A DNA stretch of 63,666 bases, filler included, from Basidiobolus meristosporus CBS 931.73 (taxonomy: Eukaryota > Fungi > Basidiobolomycota), in assembly GCA_002104905.1 (NCBI GenBank). It is 5 parts of 5 records of this genome, joined end to end, with 100 filler letters (N's around TTAATTAATTAA, not from the genome) between each part and the next. Parts side by side here need not be neighbours in the genome. Positions count along the whole stretch, not along the records: positions 29,547 to 46,941 come from MCFE01001088.1; positions 47,042 to 59,305 come from MCFE01001248.1; 3 more parts are not named here. The stretch is one strand, 5' to 3'. The notes below the pieces were generated by a model. The model was not told where the DNA came from. It made no database searches and was given only the letters and a program-made list of their open reading frames with translations. Both the position numbers and the translations under genes were made by a program. This document shows, in pieces, positions 44,188 through 55,745 of this stretch. Numbering within the stretch: position 1 is the stretch's first letter; each line of letters starts with the position of its first letter.

Positions 44188-45406
44188 TTGGGCTTGTTCT
44201 ACAATGTAGAGGCTAATCAACAATATACAACAACTTCCAGTATGCTAATACTGAAATAGTTTATGTGGGAGTTTGATATACCGAATAGAAGATATAACTT
44301 TCACTAATTTCCTCAATCTTGGGCTCAAAATATACTGTAGGCAGTGTTTATCACTTCTACAGCAGTGTTCTGACCTTCTGTCGACTAATGGGCTTATTTA
44401 CTTTTATAGTAACTTTTCCTTATTTGGAAGTCACTTTCCTTTCTGAGAAATATTTCCTAATATGAAATTCTGAACTTCCCTTTAACCTAAAGGGGTGTGT
44501 TGTAGAAGTCTCTAAAGGGGTCTTTGGACCTAAAGGGGTGTCTAAAGGGGTGTCTTTAGAGTTAAGGGGCTTCTTGTAGTGGTCTCTAAAGTGGACTTTA
44601 CACTAAAGGGGTGCCTAAAGGGGCTTCTTTAGAGTAAAGGGGTTTCTTAAAGGGGTCTCTAAAGGGGTCTTTAGACTAAAGGGGTGTCAAAGGGGTGTCT
44701 TTAGAGTAAAGGGGTTTCTTAGAGGGGACTTTTCCAACAGAAAAGTGGTAGTTTCTTGTAGAACTTAGATTGGATTCTTGTGAGCTTTGCAGTCTCTTTA
44801 CTGATGTAGTACCAATCAAAGTCAGAATACTCAACAGTGCAAGTGATGCAGGGGAAGTCTTATAACCTTTAAACTTGTAATTGTAGTGTGGAGATTCTGG
44901 AAAGAGAGGCTCTCTCTTTATTTTTCAGCTGGGGAAGTCATATATATGAAAATCTTGAAGGATCAAAGTTTTTGGGCAATTGCGCAAGCAATACACGTGA
45001 TACAAAGCTAAAATCTTGCAGTGGCGCAGATCGGACATAGGTGCAGCACCTGTAATAATTTCACGTGATTTGATTGGCTGGCTCAAAAGTTACACGCGAT
45101 CAAAGTCACCATAGTAATCCTAGCAATAAGGCATAGTATATATAATAGTTGGACACTTTTGGTCATAACTTCTTAAGTACTGCTTCAAATGAGCTGTAAT
45201 TTGAATCATGTGTTGGCTACTACGTGTTCTGTATGACATAATATTCTTGGGTGGATTGCTTGTCAGGGTCTGGTGCATTTGCTCTTCAAAGTTGGAAATT
45301 CTTGATCTTTTCTTGTGTGTTACAATAGCAAAAAGCAAAATAAAGAAATGAGTGCAATATTGGTTTAGAGATATTGTAGTAATGGAATACTTTCCATTAC
45401 CACAAT
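44188..45406. mobile_element. ~1.2-kb non-coding insert in gypsy pol, Helentron/HINE-like
   Basis: Removing it restores W-R-T-N-H codons. Inserted in a TT with no TSD; palindromic subterminal repeat 44198-44210; 14-bp terminal stem-loop 45374-45405; internal minisatellite. Confidence 0.6.
44488..44730 (+). repeat. Degenerate minisatellite with TAAAGGGG core
   Basis: About 13-14 GGGG runs, mostly as (T)AAAGGGG, at 11-30 bp spacing. Confidence 0.85.
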
Positions 45407-46941
45407 TCTCCATTTGATTGATGGATTATGACAAAATAGCCAGGTTTTTCCAAGTACAAGGTCAAACTTGCAGTTCCCAAATATATAAGCCTGTAGGTCT
45501 TCTTCATTGTCATTGATCTTCATTCTTACTGGCTGAGTAATACGGTGGATTATGTGAGAGTTCCCATCAGCTGTTGAGACTGAAGTTGATTTGGTAGGTT
45601 CTGAGTTGATCCCAGCTTTCAGAGCAAATTGCTCTGACGTGTATTCATGAGATGCTCCTGAGTAAATCATGATCTTGGCAGGTACTCCATTGATTACTCC
45701 ATTCAAGTACAATAACTTCCCTGAGTTTGAGGTCATTTGGGATAAGTATTCTTCTGTCATATGGAAGGTCAGTTCTGAGTCTTCTTCAAGCTCATCTTCC
45801 ACATTACTGTGTTCATGGGACTCAATATGGTTGAAGGTTCTTGTTGGCTGGTGTCCATTTCTTCTCTGAGGGCAGTACTTTGCAATATGTCCTTGTTGGT
45901 GGCAATTGAAGCAAAGTCCTTTCTTCTTACATTCTTCTGAGGTAGGATTCTTCTGCATAGCATCTATTTCCATTGGTACTGCTTCTGATTGTCTTCTTTC
46001 ATAATGATTGTAGCCTTTCTGATTAGTCACTGTAGGCTTCCCAACTCCAAACATAGCTGAGTCATAGTCAATGGCAATCTTGATGGCTTCTTCAATAGTC
46101 TGAGGTCTTTGGTAATTCACTTCCTTGCAAGTTCTTTCTTTCAACCCATCAATAATGTATTCAACTTGATCCAAGGGGTCCATTCTTTCAACTTGTCCAG
46201 GTAGACATCTGTACTCATAGATGTACTCTTGCACCATTCCTTTCTGTCTGAGAGTCTTTAACTTCCTTCTTAGTAGTGTCTGCTGGTGTGGAGGTTCAAA
46301 AGCATTCTGAATTTCTGACACAAACTCATGCCAGGTAGAGATTGTAGAGCATCCCATCATAGTGGCTGACTTGATCTTGTTGTGGTACCACTGTAAGGCT
46401 GCATCTGCCAGGTAAGAAGCTGCATAATGCAACTTGCTTTTGGGAGCAATTCCTTTAGCTTTAAAAGCTTCTTCAATCTGATTGGTTGACCTTCACACTA
46501 AAGTTGCTCTTAACAGGGCATTGCTGGTTCTGAGCCATGGTAGTCATTCCTTGTTGCTGGTGGCTGAGGATCTGGAGTAACTATTGCTGTTGGGCTAGGA
46601 TTTGCTGCATGGCATTCTTCCATTCTTGATTGTCCAACATCTTGAGGGTGGTTTCTTCTTTCTTCAGGAGGGAGGTTTCTGGTTATTGTTGCTACTAATG
46701 TTACAAGTCTTGGTATAAGAGTTGTAGAGGGATAGGGAGTTTAGCTAGTATTGTATTCACTAAAACTTGAACTGATTTTTATTGAGGTTCCAGCAGCTCC
46801 TTATATACATTTTTCCAGATCAATTGCTGACTAATTGTATTTCCTAATGTAGGTTGTGGCTGATGACTCATCTGATGGCATCATCATCACCCAATAAGAT
46901 CCTATGTTATGATCTGCCGCTTGAATGTTTAAGTTAGATCA

Positions 46942-47041
46942 NNNNNNNNNNNNNNNNNNNNNNNNNNNNNNNNNNNNNNNNNNNNTTAATTAATTAANNN
47001 NNNNNNNNNNNNNNNNNNNNNNNNNNNNNNNNNNNNNNNNN
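46942..47041. other. Artificial contig linker
   Basis: N44-TTAATTAATTAA-N44. Confidence 0.98.
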
Positions 47042-47630
47042 GCTTGCAGTCTGGTGTATTACCTCCTTGGTGCTTCACCTGCCTGAATGCCCCAAGAGAC
47101 ATGCTACTCTTGGTGCTTTTGGGTTTATGCCCTATGTGATCAGACTTCTCTACCTTAGAACCAGATCATATCTCAGAATTCACCACTGCAACAACCCAAT
47201 CATGAAGGCCTGGAACAGAACATGCCACACTACACCTGGCTCCAGCTGGAGAACAACACTTGGAGATCTTGATGTCAAGAGGTTTGCTCATTATATTCTG
47301 CAGTCAGAAAAACCCAAGCTGGCCTACCTGGAGTCCTTGACAGACCTCTGGCAGCAATATCTGAAGCAGCACACTCCCTTTATGATGAATATCAATATGT
47401 ATCATATTCCCCGCATCAATGTTGTTCACAAATCATTCCTACCCCTCTTGCAACCCCCCTTCCCACTGAACAGTGTCTTGAGCACTGAAGAACTATCATC
47501 TCTCCTGTTTAACTTACCTACAAATTCCCCTCAGCTACATACTCTTGTATCAAGGCTACAACAGTAGCGCTGGCTTCTTTGTTTCAACTGAAATAAAGAT
47601 TTCACCTGTTGATGACTGTCTCCCCCCCCA
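47042..47630 (+). mobile_element. 3' end of LINE family A (diverged copy)
   Basis: ORF 47067-47567 matches the C-terminus of A2 ORF2 (…SPQLHTLVSRLQQ). 3' UTR is the reverse complement of 8824-8883, ending CTGTCTCCCCCCCC. Confidence 0.92.
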
Positions 47631-48826
47631 TTACTCTTTGTATGCCTTGTCAATAAGTGAGTTATCATTTGAATATTCAGTGAGCTCTAAGTATTTGTCA
47701 GCAATAACACAGCATACATATGCAATGTTCAAAATAAGAATAGTGACAACACAGTGGAAGTTGTTGAAGCAAACAAGTGGCTTTTGGACAGTGTTAATTC
47801 TGATGAATAGCATCATCTTGTGTACATATAGTTCTATGGAAGAAGGAAGGAAGATTCTTTTGATAAGAGATTCCTAATATCCATTTGTCAAGTCAATAGT
47901 GCAGAATCTGGATATCATACTTGATGTATTTGCATTGCACAATTATATTGTAATTAATGATCAACAATACTGGCCAGTGTACTCTTGAGTTCTTTTGAAT
48001 CAAATGGATTGACATGGCCAGATTTCTGTCATGCATGTTGTATTCTTTGTTATTATTGTAGGGAATAAAGATGTGTGGGTCTGGATACAAGAAAACCCTG
48101 GTTAAGATGGATTCAGGTTAGCAATCACATTGTTATGCTTGTCATTACAACTATTTATGCCATGCTCACCAGGACCAATATTCAAACTTGTAGCTTTTGT
48201 ATACAAATTCAGTAATCAGAAAACTCAAGTTAATGGCTTACACAATCACTCCTGCAAACTAATGTGAACACCACAGTACAGCATCATTTTGAGGTTATGG
48301 TATCCTGCCTAACTGGCTCTTTGCAATAAAACTCCAACTACTACTTCACCATATGTGAGACATCTGGGCCAGAACCTAGAAGTAGTTATCAAAGCTCAAT
48401 TGGTCACTGAATGGATAAGTAAATATTGGCTTAGTTGTCACCAATTATCACTCATATACGGGGCCCAAAATTAGTGGTAGTTGGGCTCAATATTTCCTGA
48501 GGCATTGACTATTAAGCGCGCAATGGTAACTCTCTCAAACCAAGAGTCAGAATGAAGCAAAAATGACGAACAACTTCCTTGTCTTTAATATTAGCCTCTG
48601 TCCTCCTCGAAAGAACATTCTTGTACAGAGAAAATCACAACAAATATATTAGAGAACTAGTGAAATATTGATTACTTGTAAGCTAAGATACATTATAAAT
48701 ATGTTTCGCAGCACAAACTAGAGAACTAGTGAGATATTAATTATTTATAGGCTAAGATACATTAGGAGCATTGATTAGGATGCGCATTGGTGGCGTTCAT
48801 TGGGGGCGTTCATTGAACGGAATACA

Positions 48827-49660
48827 TCACTCAAGCACTAAACTGCGCTTCTGCATCCTGATGTATTTAATTCCCAAGCTGAACAGGAATAATAATCCAG
48901 ACATCCCAATGGCGATGTAAAAGATGGTGCGTAATACATGAACATACACGCCCATCACTGCTAGTCGTTCTTCTGCGGGTAGGGTGTCCATGAATTGGAA
49001 GCTGTTCGTCGCCTCCTGGATTGGGATATCGTAGCTTAACTTGGACAGTCCAGTGACCAGCTGGTTGTTGTATATTGAGCCGCAAATGGCAATTCCCAAG
49101 ACTCCACCAACCGAGCGGAAGAAGGACGACATCGTAGTCACCACTCCCATATCTTTAGGAGACACCTCTGATTGGCCAGCCAAGATCAATGTTTGAATGC
49201 AACAACCAGCACCAGCTCCTACGATGATCAAGAAGCCGATTTGCTCGCCATGGCCAGTATTGGCGTTCCAAATGGTCAGCAATCCCACACCCACCGTCAT
49301 GACTGCTGATCCGACCCAACACCAGACGACAATCACCCCGGTCTTCGAGATGAAGAATCCGGAGACAATACTGAATCGCGAAGCGGAAAGCAGCATGGGC
49401 AGCATCTGGAGTCCTGAAGTGGTGGCAGAATCCCCACGGACAACCTGGAAGTACATTGGGACGTAGTATACCAGTCCAAAGAATGCCATACCAAAGAAGA
49501 ACTGGGCGATGAATGAGAACAACGGATTACGCATGCCAAACAACCGACAAGGGATGATTGGCTCGGCTGCAAATCGGTACTCCACTGCGATAAATGCTAC
49601 CAAGAGTACCCCCGAAACACAATAAAGTGATATGATTCTTGGGGAGCCCCAGGGATAATG
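48827..49660 (-). pseudogene. 5'-truncated tandem paralog of the DHA2 MFS transporter
   Basis: Open 258-aa frame homologous to the C-terminal part of 50669-52494. Homology ends near 49650; no N-terminal exons found upstream. Confidence 0.75.
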
Positions 49661-50668
49661 GAGAATAGTAGGAATGTCAGTGCTTGATTGGGCTTAAAAA
49701 GTTGCTGACCCAATCAATAACTTCCCCACCTTCACAGTTTCACGTCATTATCTAGATTTGGTACCGGAATATTGGACGGGTTTGAAAGGCGGAACAACGG
49801 ATTGTAGTTTGAATTTGGGGGATGAAAAAGGAACACGGCGAAACATGGTGCTGACTAAGCAAACAAAAATCACGTGAAATCGAACGTTTAGGCTTTTTCG
49901 GTCATCAAGTTGGTCCAGCGACCGTGAGGTTGGTATAGACAAAAGGCGGCTTGGGAAATCCTACTGGACGATGGCATATGCTTAGGATGCAAGAGACCGA
50001 TGGACCGTTGGAGGATGGCTAATTCCTTCAAAGCACTAGGTGGAGTGGTTGTGAGGCATTAATCAAGTAGAAGGTAACGTATAGCGAGGGCTTTTATCTC
50101 AGGAGACTTACCAATGCTATGACAAACTGGAATCTGGTCCTGTTGGAACACAGGAAAATTACTCTTCGAAGACCTTTGTTGTAAATACTCCCGCTTATTA
50201 AAAGCCATCCAAGTGACACCCGGTGCCATTCTTTTTGGATCACTGAGACACTAGTTTCTTATACAGGTGTTTGTCATCTGCTGCATGGTGATAATGCTTT
50301 TAGCCATTTCTATTAGAAGCATGTTGTTCAGGTCCGTATTAATTGTGATCCTGTTGTAAGGTCAACAAAGTAGTCTGAGTCAATCTCAACAAAGAGTAAG
50401 GTCCATAAACTATAATCTAGGTGACAAAGCTAGAGCAATTTTCATTGTAACTCCAAGTCACCTTAGCCATAGATTAGATCATGAACTGAACGTTGCAAAC
50501 CATAATGATTATAACGGAAGAAATTAGACTAGGCGGAGATTCAGTTTATGGTACGATATTTGATAAAAATACAAGAGTGCAAAGTAGTCGGGCTATGGAC
50601 CAAAATCTATTGGTCTTTCGCGACGCAAATTAGGAAAGTATTGAGATACACTGGGCGCATTAGCCATT

Positions 50669-52494
50669 TTACGCAAAAGTCAAATCACGCTTCTGCATTT
50701 TGACGTACTTAATTCCCAAGGTGAAAAGGAATGCCAGCCCAGACATCCCAATGGCTATGAAAAAGATGGTACGCAAGACATGGACATACACGCCCATCAC
50801 TGCTAGTCGTTCTTCTGCTGGTAGTGTGTCCATAAATTGGAAGCTGTTGGTTGCTTCCTTGATTGGGATATTGTAGCTTAGCTTCGACAATCCAGTGATT
50901 AGTTGGTTGTTGAAGACTGAGCCGAAAATGGCGATGCCCAGTACTCCACCAATCGAGCGAAAGAAAGACGACATTGCTGTAACAACCCCCATATCTTGAT
51001 GAGACACCGCTGATTGGCCTGCCAGGATCAATGTTTGGATAACACAACCAGCTCCGGTCCCCACGATCACCAAAAAGCCAATTTGTTCTCCATGCCCGGT
51101 GTTGGCATTCCAAACGGTCAACAGTCCCACACCCACGGTCATGATTGCTGAGCCGACCCAACACCAGATAACAGTCACACCAGTCTTGGAAATGATGACT
51201 CCAGAGATGATACTGAATGCCGAAGCAGAAAGCAGCATGGGCAACATCTCGAGGCCTGAGGTGGTGGCGGAATCCCCACGGACAATCTGGAAGTACAGTG
51301 GGATGTAATAGAGTAGTCCAAAGAATGCCATGCCAAAGAAGAGCTGGGCGATGAATGAGAACAGCGGGTTACGCATACCAAACAACCGACAGGGGACGAT
51401 TGGTTCCGCTGCAAATCGGGATTCCACCACGATAAATCCAATCAAGAGTGCCCCCGAAACACAGTACAGAGATATGACTCTTGGGGAGCTCCAGGGGTAA
51501 TCTTCACCTCCCCATTCAGTTGGCAACAAGAGGGTAATGATGAATCCTAGAAGCAGTGCCGTCCCAAGGAAATCGATTCTCCGGATCTTTTCCTTGAGGG
51601 AGCCTTTGGGCGTAGGAAGTTGCAGGAACAGAGAGACGATGACTACGGTAAGTGCACCGAACGGTAAATTGATGTAAAAAGACCACCTTCGAGGTGAATG
51701 TTAGCCAGCAATGCGAAGAACGAGATTGAGGGAATCAAGATTACCTCCATGTGGTGTCATCAGTGAAAATACCACCCAGCAGTGGACCCAGAACAGATGC
51801 AATACCGTACTGCAGAGGATTAGTACCAGTTACTGTAATCGACCATCAACAAGCCTTTTGACTTACCGTGGCGCCGATGAACCCTTGGTACTTCCCGCGC
51901 TCGCGCAGCGGGACAATCTCGGTGATAATGATAAAGACCATGCCCTCAACTGAAAAGTGCGGGTTAGATGGGTGTTGAGAAGGTTCCAGGTGGGATGGGA
52001 AATACTCACTGCCTCCACCCCCGATTCCTGAGATCGCTCTTGACACAATCAGCATGGTCATGCTCTGGGAAGCCCCGCACAGTGCGCTGCCCACTTCGAA
52101 GATTACAATGGCGAATAGGAACACTATTTTACGTCCAAAGATATCCGAAAACTAATTATTCTGGTTAGCACAGTGAAAAGTCCAATCCCTGTGGCTGGGA
52201 ACTCACCTTTCCGTAGAGAGGTTGGCAAGCTGTGGCAGTCAGCATGTAGGCAGTGGCCACCCAAGCGACTTGGTTAACTGCGCCAAAATCAGAAGCAATT
52301 TTGGGCAGAGCGGTGGCCACGATTGTCTGATCAAGACCGGCCAAAAGGATGGCCATAGCAAGGCCAATAAAGACCAACACTAGCTTTCCAAAAGGTAGAA
52401 GGGCAGGGCCGTCCACTTCCAGATCCGGCTTAGCTAAGTCCTCTGAAAGGTTTGGCTGCTTCTCAGCTAAAAGAGTAGTAGGTTCGTTCCGCAT
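50669..52494 (-). CDS. MFS drug:H+ antiporter, 14-TM DHA2 family (multi-exon)
   Basis: LDQTIVATALPKI, QPLYGK, GRKIVFLFAIVIFEVGSALCGA, EIVPLRERGKYQG, FYINLPFG, AEPIVP. ATG at 52494. Confidence 0.92.
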
Positions 52495-53562
52495 TGTATG
52501 TTGGAATTGTTGACCCACATTGCTTGCTTATATAAGGCCGCAATAGGGAACAAGAAGCAACTTTAACAAGCCATGGTTAGATATACCAATGTTGGGCCAC
52601 GCTTCTTCTATCATTTCGAAAAGAATGTGTTCCTGATTAGAGCCAGAAGCATCCTTGATAATTTCCTTCATTTGGCAGGAAGCCTATTTGGGATTAGTTG
52701 TGGTGTTAGTGCTCCGGGTTGCTGCGGATTTCAGACTGCGGATCCGATCAGCGACAATCCTTATTGACGGTATTGGTCCCGGATATCGGGTAGATATGAA
52801 ATGCGGGACAACGGATCTTGGTCCGAAAGTTAGGGTTATCTACGGACCAAGGCGCTAACCGATTTGAATTGAACCATCAAAAATCATGTTGAAGTGAACC
52901 ATAACAAATCACGTTGAGTTGAACGCTTAAACTATAGATACCCTTGGCTACCATAACCCGCAACATTACCACACGTGTTAGCAGAAGGTGAAGCGTGGCT
53001 CTCTGGTTGTGGTGAGAAGTCATTACTAGTTTCATGACCATCATTGGGTGGCATGTATGATAGGATCCACCACGCAAGATGTAGCACAATCCGAGGCAAT
53101 CTATATGCTCTAAATTTGAGAGTACAACACTCAGCTTGTCAAGCCCAAGTTTCGATGTTCATCAACTTAGAAGTTCTAATCTTGCTCCGACAACACCGAA
53201 TCGACCTTAGCCACATGATGGATGGCTCATGTATGCTAGGGATATAAATGGAATAGGCCAGAAAGAGGGAACTATCCAAATTTGGTGATATCAACGAATA
53301 TATGTGCGGGTAAAGAACCTCGAGAATCATCCGAGCAAATGAGCAAACAAATCTACTTCTATGATCGAAGGTATTGTTGATATCCAGAAAATTGAACGTC
53401 GATATGACCATCATTACTAATAAGACTAGAATTTTCTGTCTGATCCGCAGAATTAAGAGCCAATCATTAAAGGTCGTTAATTCATAGTATTTAAAGGCAG
53501 ACTCTTGGAAGTAACAGCTCAACATTGCATTTTGCAAATACCTGATCGCTCTTAATATTAAC

Positions 53563-54633
53563 ATGGTTGAAGGCAAAATTAACGAAATTCGTGGCTGGGC
53601 TGCCAAGAAGGCCGGTCTCGAGGTCGAGCCCTGGAGCTACGTTCCACGTCCTTTGGGTCCCAACGACGTAGAGATCAAGATCGACTATTCTGGTATCTGT
53701 GGTTCCGATCTCCATACTCTCAAGGACGAGTGGAAGAACTCTATCTTCCCCACTCCCTATCCCGCGATCGTCGGTCACGAGATCGTGGGTCGTGTTATCA
53801 CCAAGGGAGCAGATGTCAAAGACCTTGAAGAAGGCGATATTGTCGGAGTTGGTGCCCAGGTCAATGCCTGTCTGAGCAAGGAGTGCCATGCTTGTAATCG
53901 TGAACTTGATCCCCACTGCCCTGAGATGGTGGCTACTTATGCCGGTTTTTACAAAGATGGTCAACAGAGTCACGGCGGTTATGCTGAGGCTATTCGAGTC
54001 AATTCTGCATATGCTTTCAAGCTACCAGAGAGCGTTGACCCCAAGATTGCGGCTCCTCTAATGTGCGCTGGCACCACCGTTTTTGCTCCTATGCTCCGTG
54101 ATGGTGTCAAGAAGGGTGATCGTGTTGGTGTTGTTGGTATAGGTGGCCTAGGCCATTTGGCCATTCAGTATGCCAACGCTTTGGGTGCGGAGGTTGTTGC
54201 ATTCTCTCAATCCCCTAACAAGCGTCAACAATGCCTTGACTTGGGTGCCTCGATCTTTGTTGACACCTCAAAGAAGGAGGAAGTTGACGGGATTCGTCAC
54301 ACACTCAACTATTTATTTGTCACAGCTGACTGCAAGTCTGAGCAGTACAACGAGTTCTTCTCGTGGATGGACTTCGGTGGTGAAATCTGCCTGCTCTCTG
54401 TTCCTCCGGAGAAACTGGCTTTCCAGCCAATTGACTTCATTGCAAGTGAAATCAAGCTAACCGGTTCCTTGATTGGTGGCGTAGAGGTGATCAAGAAGGC
54501 TCTAGAGTTTGCTGGTAAGCACAATATCAAGCCTATGGTAGAGCACTTCCCATTGTCCAAGGTCAATGAAGCTCTGCAGCACATGGAACAAGGCAAAGCT
54601 CGTTATCGTATTGTCCTTGATGTAGAATACTAG
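53563..54633 (+). CDS. NADP-dependent zinc alcohol dehydrogenase (ADH6/cinnamyl-ADH family)
   Basis: GICGSDLH, GHEIVG, structural Zn cysteines, APLMCAGTTVF, GIGGLGH, GKARYRIVL; intronless 356 aa. Confidence 0.93.
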   Translation: MVEGKINEIRGWAAKKAGLEVEPWSYVPRPLGPNDVEIKIDYSGICGSDLHTLKDEWKNSIFPTPYPAIVGHEIVGRVITKGADVKDLEEGDIVGVGAQVNACLSKECHACNRELDPHCPEMVATYAGFYKDGQQSHGGYAEAIRVNSAYAFKLPESVDPKIAAPLMCAGTTVFAPMLRDGVKKGDRVGVVGIGGLGHLAIQYANALGAEVVAFSQSPNKRQQCLDLGASIFVDTSKKEEVDGIRHTLNYLFVTADCKSEQYNEFFSWMDFGGEICLLSVPPEKLAFQPIDFIASEIKLTGSLIGGVEVIKKALEFAGKHNIKPMVEHFPLSKVNEALQHMEQGKARYRIVLDVEY

Positions 54634-55499
54634 AAAGATAAATAGAAAGTAAAGCGATTTAATACAACGTAACTGTAAAATCCAAAAAGCCAGAATCGGG
54701 ATCGCGTAGGCTTACACCATCTGAATATACATTTGGATTAGACCGCACATTGGATGAAATAAATCAAAGCCAATTTCGCTCCTTTCCAGCTTAATTCCCA
54801 TATTTATATCCTCATTCACTTTCAAATCCTGTTGCAGTGCCTTGGTGTTCTTGAGACTCTAGGTAGTAGTTTTGGTGAGGTAGCCAGGAGAGTCACGATC
54901 CATGTTGCCATTCCCAACTAAGACACATTACCCTCTAATCTTGGCAATATCCGAGAGGGCCTTCGAGGCCTCCAGGTGGATAGTTGCGTAGTAGCTGGCT
55001 GCTGTGGCACCACTTCGGGTCATTTGATCGGCATCCTTATTATTTGCATATTACATGATGGCTTGTATGCTCAGTGTTGCAAGCATTCATAATATTGAAA
55101 CAAATCTGCAACACACTATTGGTAGTGCTACTACTGGTGCCATTGCTCCAGCTACCTTATTCCTATATCTTGGTATTTGTATTTTATCAATGAATTCGGG
55201 AAATTGTTAGCTTAATTACACTAGCTGAAGGGTGACTGATACATAAAATACTCTTGAAGATTAAACTTCACCCTGTCAACACATTGCAAATAATATGATT
55301 ATGTGCACTGCATCATAATATTCTGTTAGCATGCATATGTTTCCTTAACAAAGGCTTAGAGGTTTGATACTCAACTACAATTGGAATAAATCAACAACTT
55401 GCATTACTGTCAAATAAAACTTGACTCAAATACCTTGGGTATAATACAGATGTTGATGCGTAATTGAACTTGACATATATAAACAGCAAAAATACTTTC

Positions 55500-55745
55500 A
55501 TCACGTTGTCAGAGTCTTGGATATATTGGAAGAAATTGGGAGAACAAGTAGATCATTTGGTCCTCACTTAATTATTTTGAAAGTATAAAAGTGGCAATTA
55601 TACTTTTCCACAATCTTGTTGATACTAACCCACATAACACATTTAGGGAAATCCCAAGAGTATGTGTGCAAAGTTTGAGGGACTTTGGACAACTGAGCAG
55701 CCTTTCATGTCCTGGTCACTTGATATGTAGGTAAATCATTCCCAG
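55500..55745 (-). mobile_element. Degenerate copia LTR relic interrupted by a younger copy
   Basis: Resembles 57421-57650 with many substitutions. Confidence 0.6.

Larger units (their letters stand above)
41010..46904 (-). mobile_element. Decayed Ty3/gypsy element (3' LTR 41010-41377; partial 5' LTR 46699-46904)
   Basis: Gag (45365-46432, CFNCHQQGHIAKYC), RT (YLDDILIYS), RNase H (TDAS, TDH), integrase (WGIDFIG) with frameshifts. PPT beside the 3' LTR. Confidence 0.92.

Noticed and set aside
45120-45413. 97-aa ORF and the C-terminal tail IVVMESIPLLQYL of the gypsy ORF
   Set aside because: Both arise from reading into the non-coding 1.2-kb insert.
47650-48440. CpG-free AT-rich stretch, possible DNA transposon relic
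   Set aside because: No diagnostic motif or termini could be identified by eye.
53563-54633. Intronless ADH as possible bacterial horizontal transfer
   Set aside because: The sequence resembles fungal ADH6-type enzymes and other genes here are also intronless. No support without a phylogeny.
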